DNA from: the human T2T-CHM13v2.0 reference genome, Homo sapiens
Length of the DNA: 64,000 bases
Assembly: GCF_009914755.1 (NCBI RefSeq)
Contig: NC_060941.1
Reading direction: 5' to 3' (one strand)
In this document: one piece after another, positions 10,861 through 25,400 of the stretch
Layout: each line of letters opens with the position of its first letter
Numbering within the stretch: position 1 is the first letter of the stretch
Made by a program: the position numbers and the translations under genes
Notes under the pieces: generated by a model
What the model was told of the DNA's origin: nothing
The model's input: the letters and a program-made list of their open reading frames with translations, nothing else
Database searches by the model: none

Positions 10861-13407
10861 TTTTCATAGAGTAGTTCTGAAACATGCTTTTCGTAGTGTC
10901 TACAAGTGGACATTTGGAGCGCTTTCAGGCCTGTGGTGGAAAACGAATTATGGTCACATAAAAACTGGAGAGAAGCATTGTCAGAAACTTCTTTGTGATG
11001 ATTGCATTCAACTCACAGAGTTGAAGGTTCCTTTTCAAAGAGCAGTTTCCAATCACTCTTTCTGTGGAATCTGCAAGTGGATATTTGGACCTATTTTGAA
11101 GATTTCGTTGGAAACGGGAGAATCTTCACAGGAAAGCTAAACAGAAGCATTCTCAGAAACTTCTTTGTGATGCTTGCATTCAACTCACAGAGTTGAACTT
11201 TCCTTTCGAGAGAGAAGCTTTGAAACACTCTTTTTCCAGAATCTGCAAGTGGACATTTGGAGGGCTTTGAGGCCTGTGGTGGAAAAGGAATTATCTTCCC
11301 GTAAAAGCTAGATAGAAGCATTCTCAGAAACTACTTTGTGATGATTGCATTCAAGTCACAGAGTTGAACATTCCCTTTGACAGAGCAGTTTGGAAACTCT
11401 CTTTGTGTAGAATCTGCAAGTGGAGATATGGACCGCTTTGAGGCCTATGGTAGTAAAGGAAATAGCTTCATATAAAAGCTAGACAGTAGCATTCACAGAA
11501 AACTCTTGGTGACGACTGAGTTTAACTCACAGAGCTGAACATTCCTTTGGATGGAGCAGTTTCGAAACACACTATTTGTAGAATGTGCAAGTGGATATTT
11601 AGGCCTCTCTGAGGATTTCGTTGGAAACGGGATAAACCGCACAGAACTAAACAGAAGCATTCTCAGAACCTTCTTCGTGATGTTTGCATTCAACTCACAG
11701 TGTTGAACCTTTCTTTGATAGTTCAGGTTTGAAACGGTCTTTCTGCAGAAACTGCAAGTAGATATTTGGACCGCTCTGAGGATTTCGTTGGAAACGGGAT
11801 AACCCGCACAGAACTAAACAGAAGCATTCTCAGAACCTTCTTCGTGATGTCTGCATTCAACTCACAGTGTGGAACCTTTCTTTGATAGTTCAGGTTTGAA
11901 ACACTCTTTTTGTAGAAACTGCAAGGGGATAATTGCACTCTTTGAGGAGTACCGTAGTAAAGGAAATAACTTCCTATAAAAAGAAGACAGAAGCTTTCTC
12001 AGAAAATTCTTTGGGATGATTGAGTTGAACTCACAGAGCTGAGCATTCCTTGCGATGTAGCAGTTTAGAAACACACTTTCTGCAGAATCTGCAAGTGCAT
12101 ATTTGGACCTCTGTGAGGAATTCGTTGGAAACGGGATAATTTCAGCTGACTAAACAGAAGCAGTCTCAGAATCTTCTTTGTGATGTTTGCATTCAAATCC
12201 CCGAGTTGAACTTTCCTTTCAAAGTTCACGTTTGAAACACTCTTTTTGCAGGATCTACAAGTGGATATTTGGACCACTCTGTGTCCTTCGTTCGAAACGG
12301 GTATATCTTCACATGACATCTAGACAGAAGCATCCTCAGAAGCTTCTCTGTGATGACTGCATTCAACTCACGGAGTTGAACACTCCTTTTGAGAGCGCAG
12401 TTTTGAAACTCTCTTTCTGTGGCATCTGCAAGGGGACATGTAGACCTCTTTGAAGATTTCGTTGGAAACGGAATCATCTTCACATAAAAACTATACAGAT
12501 GCATTCTCAGGAACTTTTTGGTGATGTTTGTATTCAACTCCCAGAGTTGAACTTTCCTTTGGAAAGAGCAGCTATGAAACACTCTTTTTCTAGAATCTGC
12601 AAGTGGACGTTTGGAGGGCTTTGTGGTTTGTGGTGGAAAAGGAAATATCTTCACCTAAATACTAGATAGAAGCATTCTCAGAAACTGCTTTGTGATGATT
12701 GCATTCACCTCACAGAGTTGAACATTCCTATTGATAGAGCAGTTTGGAAACACTCTTGTTGTGGAATGTGCAAGTGGAGATTTGGAGCGCTTTGAGGCCT
12801 ATGGTAGTAAAGGGAATAGCTTCATAGAAAAACTAGACAGAAGCATTCTCAGAAAATACTTTGTGATGATTGAGTTTAACTCACAGAGCTGAACATTCCT
12901 TTGGATGGAGCAGGTTTGAGACACACTTTTTGTAGAATCTACAAGTGGATATTTGGACCTCTCTGAGGATTTCGTTGGAAACGGGATAACTGCACCTAAC
13001 TAAACGGAAGCATTCTCAGAAACTTCTTGGTGATGTTTGCATTCAAATCCCAGAGTTGAACCTTCCTTTGATAGTTCAGGTTTGAAACACTCTTTTTGTA
13101 GGATCTGCAAGTGGATATTTGGACCACTCTGTGGCCTTCGTTCGAAACGGGTATATCTTCGCATAAAATCTAGACAGAAGCCTTCTCAGAAACTTCTCTG
13201 TGATGATTGCATTCAACTCACAGAGTTGAACCCTCCTATGGATAGAGCAGTGTTGAAACTCTCTTTTTGTGGAATCTGCAAGTGGATACGTGGACCTCTC
13301 CGAAGATGTCTTTGGAAACGGGAATATCTTCACATAAAAACTAAACAGAAGCATTCTCAGAAACTTCTCTGTGATGTTTGTGTTCAACTCCCAGAGTTTC
13401 ACATTGC
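10861..13407 (+). repeat. Structural variant HOR: 15-mer (2,547 bp), lacking one monomer (168 bp)
   Basis: Marker spacing drops to 2,547 (11002 to 13549). At 11801-11860 the sequence reads AACCCGCACAGAACTAAACAGAAGCATTCTCAGAACCTTCTTCGTGATGTCTGC, joining the end of one triplicated monomer to the start of the next-but-one. The ORF at 11723-11938 is correspondingly chimeric. Confidence 0.97.
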
Positions 13408-16400
13408 TTTTCATAGAGTAGTTCTGAAACATGCTTTTCGTAGTGTCTACAAGTGGACATTTGGAGCGCTTTCAGGCCTGTGGTGGAAAACGAATTATGG
13501 TCACATAAAAACTGGAGAGAAGCATTGTCAGAAACTTCTTTGTGATGATTGCATTCAACTCACAGAGTTGAAGGTTCCTTTTCAAAGAGCAGTTTCCAAT
13601 CACTCTTTCTGTGGAATCTGCAAGTGGATATTTGGACCTATTTTGAAGATTTCGTTGGAAACGGGAGAATCTTCACAGGAAAGCTAAACAGAAGCATTCT
13701 CAGAAACTTCTTTGTGATGCTTGCATTCAACTCACAGAGTTGAACTTTCCTTTCGAGAGAGAAGCTTTGAAACACTCTTTTTCCAGAATCTGCAAGTGGA
13801 CATTTGGAGGGCTTTGAGGCCTGTGGTGGAAAAGGAATTATCTTCCCGTAAAAGCTAGATAGAAGCATTCTCAGAAACTACTTTGTGATGATTGCATTCA
13901 AGTCACAGAGTTGAACATTCCCTTTGACAGAGCAGTTTGGAAACTCTCTTTGTGTAGAATCTGCAAGTGGAGATATGGACCGCTTTGAGGCCTATGGTAG
14001 TAAAGGAAATAGCTTCATATAAAAGCTAGACAGTAGCATTCACAGAAAACTCTTGGTGACGACTGAGTTTAACTCACAGAGCTGAACATTCCTTTGGATG
14101 GAGCAGTTTCGAAACACACTATTTGTAGAATGTGCAAGTGGATATTTGGGCCTCTCTGAGGATTTCGTTGGAAACGGGATAAACCGCACAGAACTAAACA
14201 GAAGCATTCTCAGAACCTTCTTCGTGATGTTTGCATTCAACTCACAGTGTTGAACCTTTCTTTGATAGTTCAGGTTTGAAACGGTCTTTCTGCAGAAACT
14301 GCAAGTAGATATTTGGACCGCTCTGAGGATTTCGTTGGAAACGGGGTAACCCGCACAGAACTAAAACAGAAGCATTCTCAGAACCCTCTTCGTGATGTTT
14401 GCATTCAACTCACAGTGCTGAACCTTTCTTTGATAGTTCAGCTTTGAAACACTCTTTTTGTAGAAACTGCAAGTGGATATTTGGTCCTCTCTGAGGATTT
14501 CGTTGGAAACGGGATAAACTGCACAGAACTAAACAGAAGCATTCTCAGAACCTTCTTCGTGATGTCTGCATTCAACTCACAGTGTGGAACCTTTCTTTGA
14601 TAGTTCAGGTTTGAAACACTCTTTTTGTAGAAACTGCAAGGGGATAATTGCACTCTTTGAGGAGTACCGTAGTAAAGGAAATAACTTCCTATAAAAAGAA
14701 GACAGAAGCTTTCTCAGAAAATTCTTTGGGATGATTGAGTTGAACTCACAGAGCTGAGCATTCCTTGCGATGTAGCAGTTTAGAAACACACTTTCTGCAG
14801 AATCTGCAAGTGCATATTTGGACCTCTGTGAGGAATTCGTTGGAAACGGGATAATTTCAGCTGACTAAACAGAAGCAGTCTCAGAATCTTCTTTGTGATG
14901 TTTGCATTCAAATCCCCGAGTTGAACTTTCCTTTCAAAGTTCACGTTTGAAACACTCTTTTTGCAGGATCTACAAGTGGATATTTGGACCACTCTGTGTC
15001 CTTCGATCGAAACGGGTGTATCTTCACATGACATCTAGACAGAAGCATCCTCAGAAGCTTCTCTGTGATGACTGCATTCAACTCACGGAGTTGAACACTC
15101 CTTTTGAGAGCGCAGTTTTGAAACTCTCTTTCTGTGGCATCTGCAAGGGGACATGTAGACCTCTTTGAAGATTTCGTTGGAAACGGAATCATCTTCACAT
15201 AAAAACTATACAGATGCATTCTCAGGAACTTTTTGGTGATGTTTGTATTCAACTCCCAGAGTTGAACTTTCCTTTGGAAAGAGCAGCTATGAAACACTCT
15301 TTTTCTAGAATCTGCAAGTGGACGTTTGGAGGGCTTTGTGGTTTGTGGTGGAAAAGGAAATATCTTCACCTAAATACTAGATAGAAGCATTCTCAGAAAC
15401 TGCTTTGTGATGATTGCATTCACCTCACAGAGTTGAACATTCCTATTGATAGAGCAGTTTGGAAACACTCTTGTTGTGGAATGTGCAAGTGGAGATTTGG
15501 AGCGCTTTGAGGCCTATGGTAGTAAAGGGAATAGCTTCATAGAAAAACTAGACAGAAGCATTCTCAGAAAATACTTTGTGATGATTGAGTTTAACTCACA
15601 GAGCTGAACATTCCTTTGGATGGAGCAGGTTTGAGACACACTTTTTGTAGAATCTACAAGTGGATATTTGGACCTCTCTGAGGATTTCGTTGGAAACGGG
15701 ATAACTGCACCTAACTAAACGGAAGCATTCTCAGAAACTTCTTGGTGATGTTTGCATTCAAATCCCAGAGTTGAACCTTCCTTTGATAGTTCAGGTTTGA
15801 AACACTCTTTTTGTAGGATCTGCAAGTGGATATTTGGACCACTCTGTGGCCTTCGTTCGAAACGGGTATATCTTCGCATAAAATCTAGACAGAAGCCTTC
15901 TCAGAAACTTCTCTGTGATGATTGCATTCAACTCACAGAGTTGAACCCTCCTATGGATAGAGCAGTGTTGAAACTCTCTTTTTGTGGAATCTGCAAGTGG
16001 ATACGTGGACCTCTCCGAAGATGTCTTTGGAAACGGGAATATCTTCACATAAAAACTAAACAGAAGCATTCTCAGAAACTTCTCTGTGATGTTTGTGTTC
16101 AACTCCCAGAGTTTCACATTGCTTTTCATAGAGTAGTTCTGAAACATGCTTTTCGTAGTGTCTACAAGTGGACATTTGGAGCGCTTTCAGGCCTGTGGTG
16201 GAAAACGAATTATGGTCACATAAAAACTGGAGAGAAGCATTGTCAGAAACTTCTTTGTGATGATTGCATTCAACTCACAGAGTTGAAGGTTCCTTTTCAA
16301 AGAGCAGTTTCCAATCACTCTTTCTGTGGAATCTGCAAGTGGATATTTGGACCTATTTTGAAGATTTCGTTGGAAACGGGAGAATCTTCACAGGAAAGCT

Positions 16401-19400
16401 AAACAGAAGCATTCTCAGAAACTTCTTTGTGATGCTTGCATTCAACTCACAGAGTTGAACTTTCCTTTCGAGAGAGAAGCTTTGAAACACTCTTTTTCCA
16501 GAATCTGCAAGTGGACATTTGGAGGGCTTTGAGGCCTGTGGTGGAAAAGGAATTATCTTCCCGTAAAAGCTAGATAGAAGCATTCTCAGAAACTACTTTG
16601 TGATGATTGCATTCAAGTCACAGAGTTGAACATTCCCTTTGACAGAGCAGTTTGGAAACTCTCTTTGTGTAGAATCTGCAAGTGGAGATATGGACCGCTT
16701 TGAGGCCTATGGTAGTAAAGGAAATAGCTTCATATAAAAGCTAGACAGTAGCATTCACAGAAAACTCTTGGTGACGACTGAGTTTAACTCACAGAGCTGA
16801 ACATTCCTTTGGATGGAGCAGTTTCGAAACACACTATTTGTAGAATGTGCAAGTGGATATTTAGGCCTCTCTGAGGATTTCGTTGGAAACGGGATAAACC
16901 GCACAGAACTAAACAGAAGCATTCTCAGAACCTTCTTCGTGATGTTTGCATTCAACTCACAGTGTTGAACCTTTCTTTGATAGTTCAGGTTTGAAACGGT
17001 CTTTCTGCAGAAACTGCAAGTAGATATTTGGACCGCTCTGAGGATTTCGTTGGAAACGGGATAACCCGCACAGAACTAAAACAGAAGCATTCTCAGAACC
17101 CTCTTCGTGATGTTTGCATTCAACTCACAGTGCTGAACCTTTCTTTGATAGTTCAGCTTTGAAACACTCTTTTTGTAGAAACTGCAAGTGGATATTTGGT
17201 CCTCTCTGAGGATTTCGTTGGAAACGGGATAAACTGCACAGAACTAAACAGAAGCATTCTCAGAACCTTCTTCGTGATGTCTGCATTCAACTCACAGTGT
17301 GGAACCTTTCTTTGATAGTTCAGGTTTGAAACACTCTTTTTGTAGAAACTGCAAGGGGATAATTGCACTCTTTGAGGAGTACCGTAGTAAAGGAAATAAC
17401 TTCCTATAAAAAGAAGACAGAAGCTTTCTCAGAAAATTCTTTGGGATGATTGAGTTGAACTCACAGAGCTGAGCATTCCTTGCGATGTAGCAGTTTAGAA
17501 ACACACTTTCTGCAGAATCTGCAAGTGCATATTTGGACCTCTGTGAGGAATTCGTTGGAAACGGGATAATTTCAGCTGACTAAACAGAAGCAGTCTCAGA
17601 ATCTTCTTTGTGATGTTTGCATTCAAATCCCCGAGTTGAACTTTCCTTTCAAAGTTCACGTTTGAAACACTCTTTTTGCAGGATCTACAAGTGGATATTT
17701 GGACCACTCTGTGTCCTTCGATCGAAACGGGTATATCTTCACATGACATCTAGACAGAAGCATCCTCAGAAGCTTCTCTGTGATGACTGCATTCAACTCA
17801 CGGAGTTGAACACTCCTTTTGAGAGCGCAGTTTTGAAACTCTCTTTCTGTGGCATCTGCAAGGGGACATGTAGACCTCTTTGAAGATTTCGTTGGAAACG
17901 GAATCATCTTCACATAAAAACTACACAGATGCATTCTCAGGAACTTTTTGGTGATGTTTGTATTCAACTCCCAGAGTTGAACTTTCCTTTGGAAAGAGCA
18001 GCTATGAAACACTGTTTTTCTAGAATCTGCAAGTGGACGTTTGGAGGGCTTTGTGGTTTGTGGTGGAAAAGGAAATATCTTCACCTAAATACTAGATAGA
18101 AGCATTCTCAGAAACTGCTTTGTGATGATTGCATTCACCTCACAGAGTTGAACATTCCTATTGATAGAGCAGTTTGGAAACACTCTTGTTGTGGAATGTG
18201 CAAGTGGAGATTTGGAGCGCTTTGAGGCCTATGGTAGTAAAGGGAATAGCTTCATAGAAAAACTAGACAGAAGCATTCTCAGAAAATACTTTGTGATGAT
18301 TGAGTTTAACTCACAGAGCTGAACATTCCTTTGGATGGAGCAGGTTTGAGACACACTTTTTGTAGAATCTACAAGTGGATATTTGGACCTCTCTGAGGAT
18401 TTCGTTGGAAACGGGATAACTGCACCTAACTAAACGGAAGCATTCTCAGAAACTTCTTGGTGATGTTTGCATTCAAATCCCAGAGTTGAACCTTCCTTTG
18501 ATAGTTCAGGTTTGAAACACTCTTTTTGTAGGATCTGCAAGTGGATATTTGGACCACTCTGTGGCCTTCGTTCGAAACGGGTATATCTTCGCATAAAATC
18601 TAGACAGAAGCCTTCTCAGAAACTTCTCTGTGATGATTGCATTCAACTCACAGAGTTGAACCCTCCTATGGATAGAGCAGTGTTGAAACTCTCTTTTTGT
18701 GGAATCTGCAAGTGGCTACGTGGACCTCTCCGAAGATGTCTTTGGAAACGGGAATATCTTCACATAAAAACTAAACAGAAGCATTCTCAGAAACTTCTCT
18801 GTGATGTTTGTGTTCAACTCCCAGAGTTTCACATTGCTTTTCATAGAGTAGTTCTGAAACATGCTTTTCGTAGTGTCTACAAGTGGACATTTGGAGCGCT
18901 TTCAGGCCTGTGGTGGAAAACGAATTATGGTCACATAAAAACTGGAGAGAAGCATTGTCAGAAACTTCTTTGTGATGATTGCATTCAACTCACAGAGTTG
19001 AAGGTTCCTTTTCAAAGAGCAGTTTCCAATCACTCTTTCTGTGGAATCTGCAAGTGGATATTTGGACCTATTTTGAAGATTTCGTTGGAAACGGGAGAAT
19101 CTTCACAGGAAAGCTAAACAGAAGCATTCTCAGAAACTTCTTTGTGATGCTTGCATTCAACTCACAGAGTTGAACTTTCCTTTCGAGAGAGAAGCTTTGA
19201 AACACTCTTTCTCCAGAATCTGCAAGTGGACATTTGGAGGGCTTTGAGGCCTGTGGTGGAAAAGGAATTATCTTCCCGTAAAAGCTAGATAGAAGCATTC
19301 TCAGAAACTACTTTGTGATGATTGCATTCAAGTCACAGAGTTGAACATTCCCTTTGACAGAGCAGTTTGGAAACTCTCTTTGTGTAGAATCTGCAAGTGG

Positions 19401-22400
19401 AGATATGGACCGCTTTGAGGCCTATGGTAGTAAAGGAAATAGCTTCATATAAAAGCTAGACAGTAGCATTCACAGAAAACTCTTGGTGACGACTGAGTTT
19501 AACTCACAGAGCTGAACATTCCTTTGGATGGAGCAGTTTCGAAACACACTATTTGTAGAATGTGCAAGTGGATATTTAGGCCTCTCTGAGGATTTCGTTG
19601 GAAACGGGTTAAACCGCACAGAACTAAACAGAAGCATTCTCAGAACCTTCTTCGTGATGTTTGCATTCAACTCACAGTGTTGAACCTTTCTTTGATAGTT
19701 CAGGTTTGAAACGGTCTTTCTGTAGAAACTGCAAGTAGATATTTGGACCTCTCTGAGGATTTCGTTGGAAACGGGATAACCCGCACAGAACTAAAACAGA
19801 AGCATTCTCAGAACCCTCTTCGTGATGTTTGCATTCAACTCACAGTGCTGAACCTTTCTTTGATAGTTCAGCTTTGAAACACTCTTTTTGTAGAAACTGC
19901 AAGTGGATATTTGGTCCTCTCTGAGGAATTCGTTGGAAACGGGATAAACTGCACAGAACTAAACAGAAGCATTCTCAGAACCTTCTTCGTGATGTCTGCA
20001 TTCAACTCACAGTGTGGAACCTTTCTTTGATAGTTCAGGTTTGAAACACTCTTTTTGTAGAAACTGCAAGGGGATAATTGCACTCTTTGAGGAGTACCGT
20101 AGTAAAGGAAATAACTTCCTATAAAAAGAAGACAGAAGCTTTCTCAGAAAATTCTTTGGGATGATTGAGTTGAACTCACAGAGCTGAGCATTCCTTGCGA
20201 TGTAGCAGTTTAGAAACACACTTTCTGCAGAATCTGCAAGTGCATATTTGGACCTCTGTGAGGAATTCGTTGGAAACGGGATAATTTCAGCTGACTAAAC
20301 AGAAGCAGTCTCAGAATCTTCTTTGTGATGTTTGCATTCAAATCCCCGAGTTGAACTTTCCTTTCAAAGTTCACGTTTGAAACACTCTTTTTGCAGGATC
20401 TACAAGTGGATATTTGGACCACTCTGTGTCCTTCGTTCGAAACGGGTATATCTTCACATGACATCTAGACAGAAGCATCCTCAGAAGCTTCTCTGTGATG
20501 ACTGCATTCAACTCACGGAGTTGAACACTCCTTTTGAGAGCGCAGTTTTGAAACTCTCTTTCTGTGGCATCTGCAAGGGGACATGTAGACCTCTTTGAAG
20601 ATTTCGTTGGAAACGGAATCATCTTCACATAAAAACTACACAGATGCATTCTCAGGAACTTTTTGGTGATGTTTGTATTCAACTCCCAGAGTTGAACTTT
20701 CCTTTGGAAAGAGCAGCTATGAAACACTGTTTTTCTAGAATCTGCAAGTGGACGTTTGGAGGGCTTTGTGGTTTGTGGTGGAAAAGGAAATATCTTCACC
20801 TAAATACTAGATAGAAGCATTCTCAGAAACTGCTTTGTGATGATTGCATTCACCTCACAGAGTTGAACATTCCTATTGATAGAGCAGTTTGGAAACACTC
20901 TTGTTGTGGAATGTGCAAGTGGAGATTTGGAGCGCTTTGAGGCCTATGGTAGTAAAGGGAATAGCTTCATAGAAAAACTAGACAGAAGCATTCTCAGAAA
21001 ATACTTTGTGATGATTGAGTTTAACTCACAGAGCTGAACATTCCTTTGGATGGAGCAGGTTTGAGACACACTTTTTGTAGAATCTACAAGTGGATATTTG
21101 GACCTCTCTGAGGATTTCGTTGGAAACGGGATAACTGCACCTAACTAAACGGAAGCATTCTCAGAAACTTCTTGGTGATGTTTGCATTCAAATCCCAGAG
21201 TTGAACCTTCCTTTGATAGTTCAGGTTTGAAACACTCTTTTTGTAGGATCTGCAAGTGGATATTTGGACCACTCTGTGGCCTTCGTTCGAAACGGGTATA
21301 TCTTCGCATAAAATCTAGACAGAAGCCTTCTCAGAAACTTCTCTGTGATGATTGCATTCAACTCACAGAGTTGAACCCTCCTATGGATAGAGCAGTGTTG
21401 AAACTCTCTTTTTGTGGAATCTGCAAGTGGCTACGTGGACCTCTCCGAAGATGTCTTTGGAAACGGGAATATCTTCACATAAAAACTAAACAGAAGCATT
21501 CTCAGAAACTTCTCTGTGATGTTTGTGTTCAACTCCCAGAGTTTCACATTGCTTTTCATAGAGTAGTTCTGAAACATGCTTTTCGTAGTGTCTACAAGTG
21601 GACATTTGGAGCGCTTTCAGGCCTGTGGTGGAAAACGAATTATGGTCACATAAAAACTGGAGAGAAGCATTGTCAGAAACTTCTTTGTGATGATTGCATT
21701 CAACTCACAGAGTTGAAGGTTCCTTTTCAAAGAGCAGTTTCCAATCACTCTTTCTGTGGAATCTGCAAGTGGATATTTGGACCTATTTTGAAGATTTCGT
21801 TGGAAACGGGAGAATCTTCACAGGAAAGCTAAACAGAAGCATTCTCAGAAACTTCTTTGTGATGCTTGCATTCAACTCACAGAGTTGAACTTTCCTTTCG
21901 AGAGAGAAGCTTTGAAACACTCTTTTTCCAGAATCTGCAAGTGGACATTTGGAGGGCTTTGAGGCCTGTGGTGGAAAAGGAATTATCTTCCCGTAAAAGC
22001 TAGATAGAAGCATTCTCAGAAACTACTTTGTGATGATTGCATTCAAGTCACAGAGTTGAACATTCCCTTTGACAGAGCAGTTTGGAAACTCTCTTTGTGT
22101 AGAATCTGCAAGTGGAGATATGGACCGCTTTGAGGCCTATGGTAGTAAAGGAAATAGCTTCATATAAAAGCTAGACAGTAGCATTCACAGAAAACTCTTG
22201 GTGACGACTGAGTTTAACTCACAGAGCTGAACATTCCTTTGGATGGAGCAGTTTCGAAACACACTATTTGTAGAATGTGCAAGTGGATATTTAGGCCTCT
22301 CTGAGGATTTCGTTGGAAACGGGATAAACCGCACAGAACTAAACAGAAGCATTCTCAGAACCTTCTTCGTGATGTTTGCATTCAACTCACAGTGTTGAAC

Positions 22401-25400
22401 CTTTCTTTGATAGTTCAGGTTTGAAACGGTCTTTCTGTAGAAACTGCAAGTAGATATTTGGACCTCTCTGAGGATTTCGTTGGAAACGGGATAACCCGCA
22501 CAGAACTAAAACAGAAGCATTCTCAGAACCCTCTTCGTGATGTTTGCATTCAACTCACAGTGCTGAACCTTTCTTTGATAGTTCAGCTTTGAAACACTCT
22601 TTTTGTGGAAACTGCAAGTGGATATTTGGTCCTCTCTGAGGAATTCGTTGGAAACGGGATAAACTGCACAGAACTAAACAGAAGCATTCTCAGAACCTTC
22701 TTCGTGATGTCTGCATTCAACTCACAGTGTGGAACCTTTCTTTGATAGTTCAGGTTTGAAACACTCTTTTTGTAGAAACTGCAAGGGGATAATTGCACTC
22801 TTTGAGGAGTACCGTAGTAAAGGAAATAACTTCCTATAAAAAGAAGACCGAAGCTTTCTCAGAAAATTCTTTGGGATGATTGAGTTGAACTCACAGAGCT
22901 GAGCATTCCTTGCGATGTAGCAGTTTAGAAACACACTTTCTGCAGAATCTGCAAGTGCATATTTGGACCTCTGTGAGGAATTCGTTGGAAACGGGATAAT
23001 TTCAGCTGACTAAACAGAAGCAGTCTCAGAATCTTCTTTGTGATGTTTGCATTCAAATCCCCGAGTTGAACTTTCCTTTCAAAGTTCACGTTTGAAACAC
23101 TCTTTTTGCAGGATCTACAAGTGGATATTTGGACCACTCTGTGTCCTTCGTTCGAAACGGGTATATCTTCACATGACATCTAGACAGAAGCATCCTCAGA
23201 AGCTTCTCTGTGATGACTGCATTCAACTCACGGAGTTGAACACTCCTTTTGAGAGCGCAGTTTTGAAACTCTCTTTCTGTGGCATCTGCAAGGGGACATG
23301 TAGACCTCTTTGAAGATTTCGTTGGAAACGGAATCATCTTCACATAAAAACTACACAGATGCATTCTCAGGAACTTTTTGGTGATGTTTGTATTCAACTC
23401 CCAGAGTTGAACTTTCCTTTGGAAAGAGCAGCTATGAAACACTGTTTTTCTAGAATCTGCAAGTGGACGTTTGGAGGGCTTTGTGGTTTGTGGTGGAAAA
23501 GGAAATATCTTCACCTAAATACTAGATAGAAGCATTCTCAGAAACTGCTTTGTGATGATTGCATTCACCTCACAGAGTTGAACATTCCTATTGATAGAGC
23601 AGTTTGGAAACACTCTTGTTGTGGAATGTGCAAGTGGAGATTTGGAGCGCTTTGAGGCCTATGGTAGTAAAGGGAATAGCTTCATAGAAAAACTAGACAG
23701 AAGCATTCTCAGAAAATACTTTGTGATGATTGAGTTTAACTCACAGAGCTGAACATTCCTTTGGATGGAGCAGGTTTGAGACACACTTTTTGTAGAATCT
23801 ACAAGTGGATATTTGGACCTCTCTGAGGATTTCGTTGGAAACGGGATAACTGCACCTAACTAAACGGAAGCATTCTCAGAAACTTCTTGGTGATGTTTGC
23901 ATTCAAATCCCAGAGTTGAACCTTCCTTTGATAGTTCAGGTTTGAAACACTCTTTTTGTAGGATCTGCAAGTGGATATTTGGACCACTCTGTGGCCTTCG
24001 TTCGAAACGGGTATATCTTCGCATAAAATCTAGACAGAAGCCTTCTCAGAAACTTCTCTGTGATGATTGCATTCAACTCACAGAGTTGAACCCTCCTATG
24101 GATAGAGCAGTGTTGAAACTCTCTTTTTGTGGAATCTGCAAGTGGATACGTGGACCTCTCCGAAGATGTCTTTGGAAACGGGAATATCTTCACATAAAAA
24201 CTAAACAGAAGCATTCTCAGAAACTTCTCTGTGATGTTTGTGTTCAACTCCCAGAGTTTCACATTGCTTTTCATAGAGTAGTTCTGAAACATGCTTTTCG
24301 TAGTGTCTACAAGTGGACATTTGGAGCGCTTTCAGGCCTGTGGTGGAAAACGAATTATGGTCACATAAAAACTGGAGAGAAGCATTGTCAGAAACTTCTT
24401 TGTGATGATTGCATTCAACTCACAGAGTTGAAGGTTCCTTTTCAAAGAGCAGTTTCCAATCACTCTTTCTGTGGAATCTGCAAGTGGATATTTGGACCTA
24501 TTTTGAAGATTTCGTTGGAAACGGGAGAATCTTCACAGGAAAGCTAAACAGAAGCATTCTCAGAAACTTCTTTGTGATGCTTGCATTCAACTCACAGAGT
24601 TGAACTTTCCTTTCGAGAGAGAAGCTTTGAAACACTCTTTCTCCAGAATCTGCAAGTGGACATTTGGAGGGCTTTGAGGCCTGTGGTGGAAAAGGAATTA
24701 TCTTCCCGTAAAAGCTAGATAGAAGCATTCTCAGAAACTACTTTGTGATGATTGCATTCAAGTCACAGAGTTGAACATTCCCTTTGACAGAGCAGTTTGG
24801 AAACTCTCTTTGTGTAGAATCTGCAAGTGGAGATATGGACCGCTTTGAGGCCTATGGTAGTAAAGGAAATAGCTTCATATAAAAGCTAGACAGTAGCATT
24901 CACAGAAAACTCTTGGTGACGACTGAGTTTAACTCACAGAGCTGAACATTCCTTTGGATGGAGCAGTTTCGAAACACACTATTTGTAGAATGTGCAAGTG
25001 GATATTTAGGCCTCTCTGAGGATTTCGTTGGAAACGGGATAAACCGCACAGAACTAAACAGAAGCATTCTCAGAACCTTCTTCGTGATGTTTGCATTCAA
25101 CTCACAGTGTTGAACCTTTCTTTGATAGTTCAGGTTTGAAACGGTCTTTCTGTAGAAACTGCAAGTAGATATTTGGACCTCTCTGAGGATTTCGTTGGAA
25201 ACGGGATAACCCGCACAGAACTAAAACAGAAGCATTCTCAGAACCCTCTTCGTGATGTTTGCATTCAACTCACAGTGCTGAACCTTTCTTTGATAGTTCA
25301 GCTTTGAAACACTCTTTTTGTAGAAACTGCAAGTGGATATTTGGTCCTCTCTGAGGAATTCGTTGGAAACGGGATAAACTGCACAGAACTAAACAGAAGC

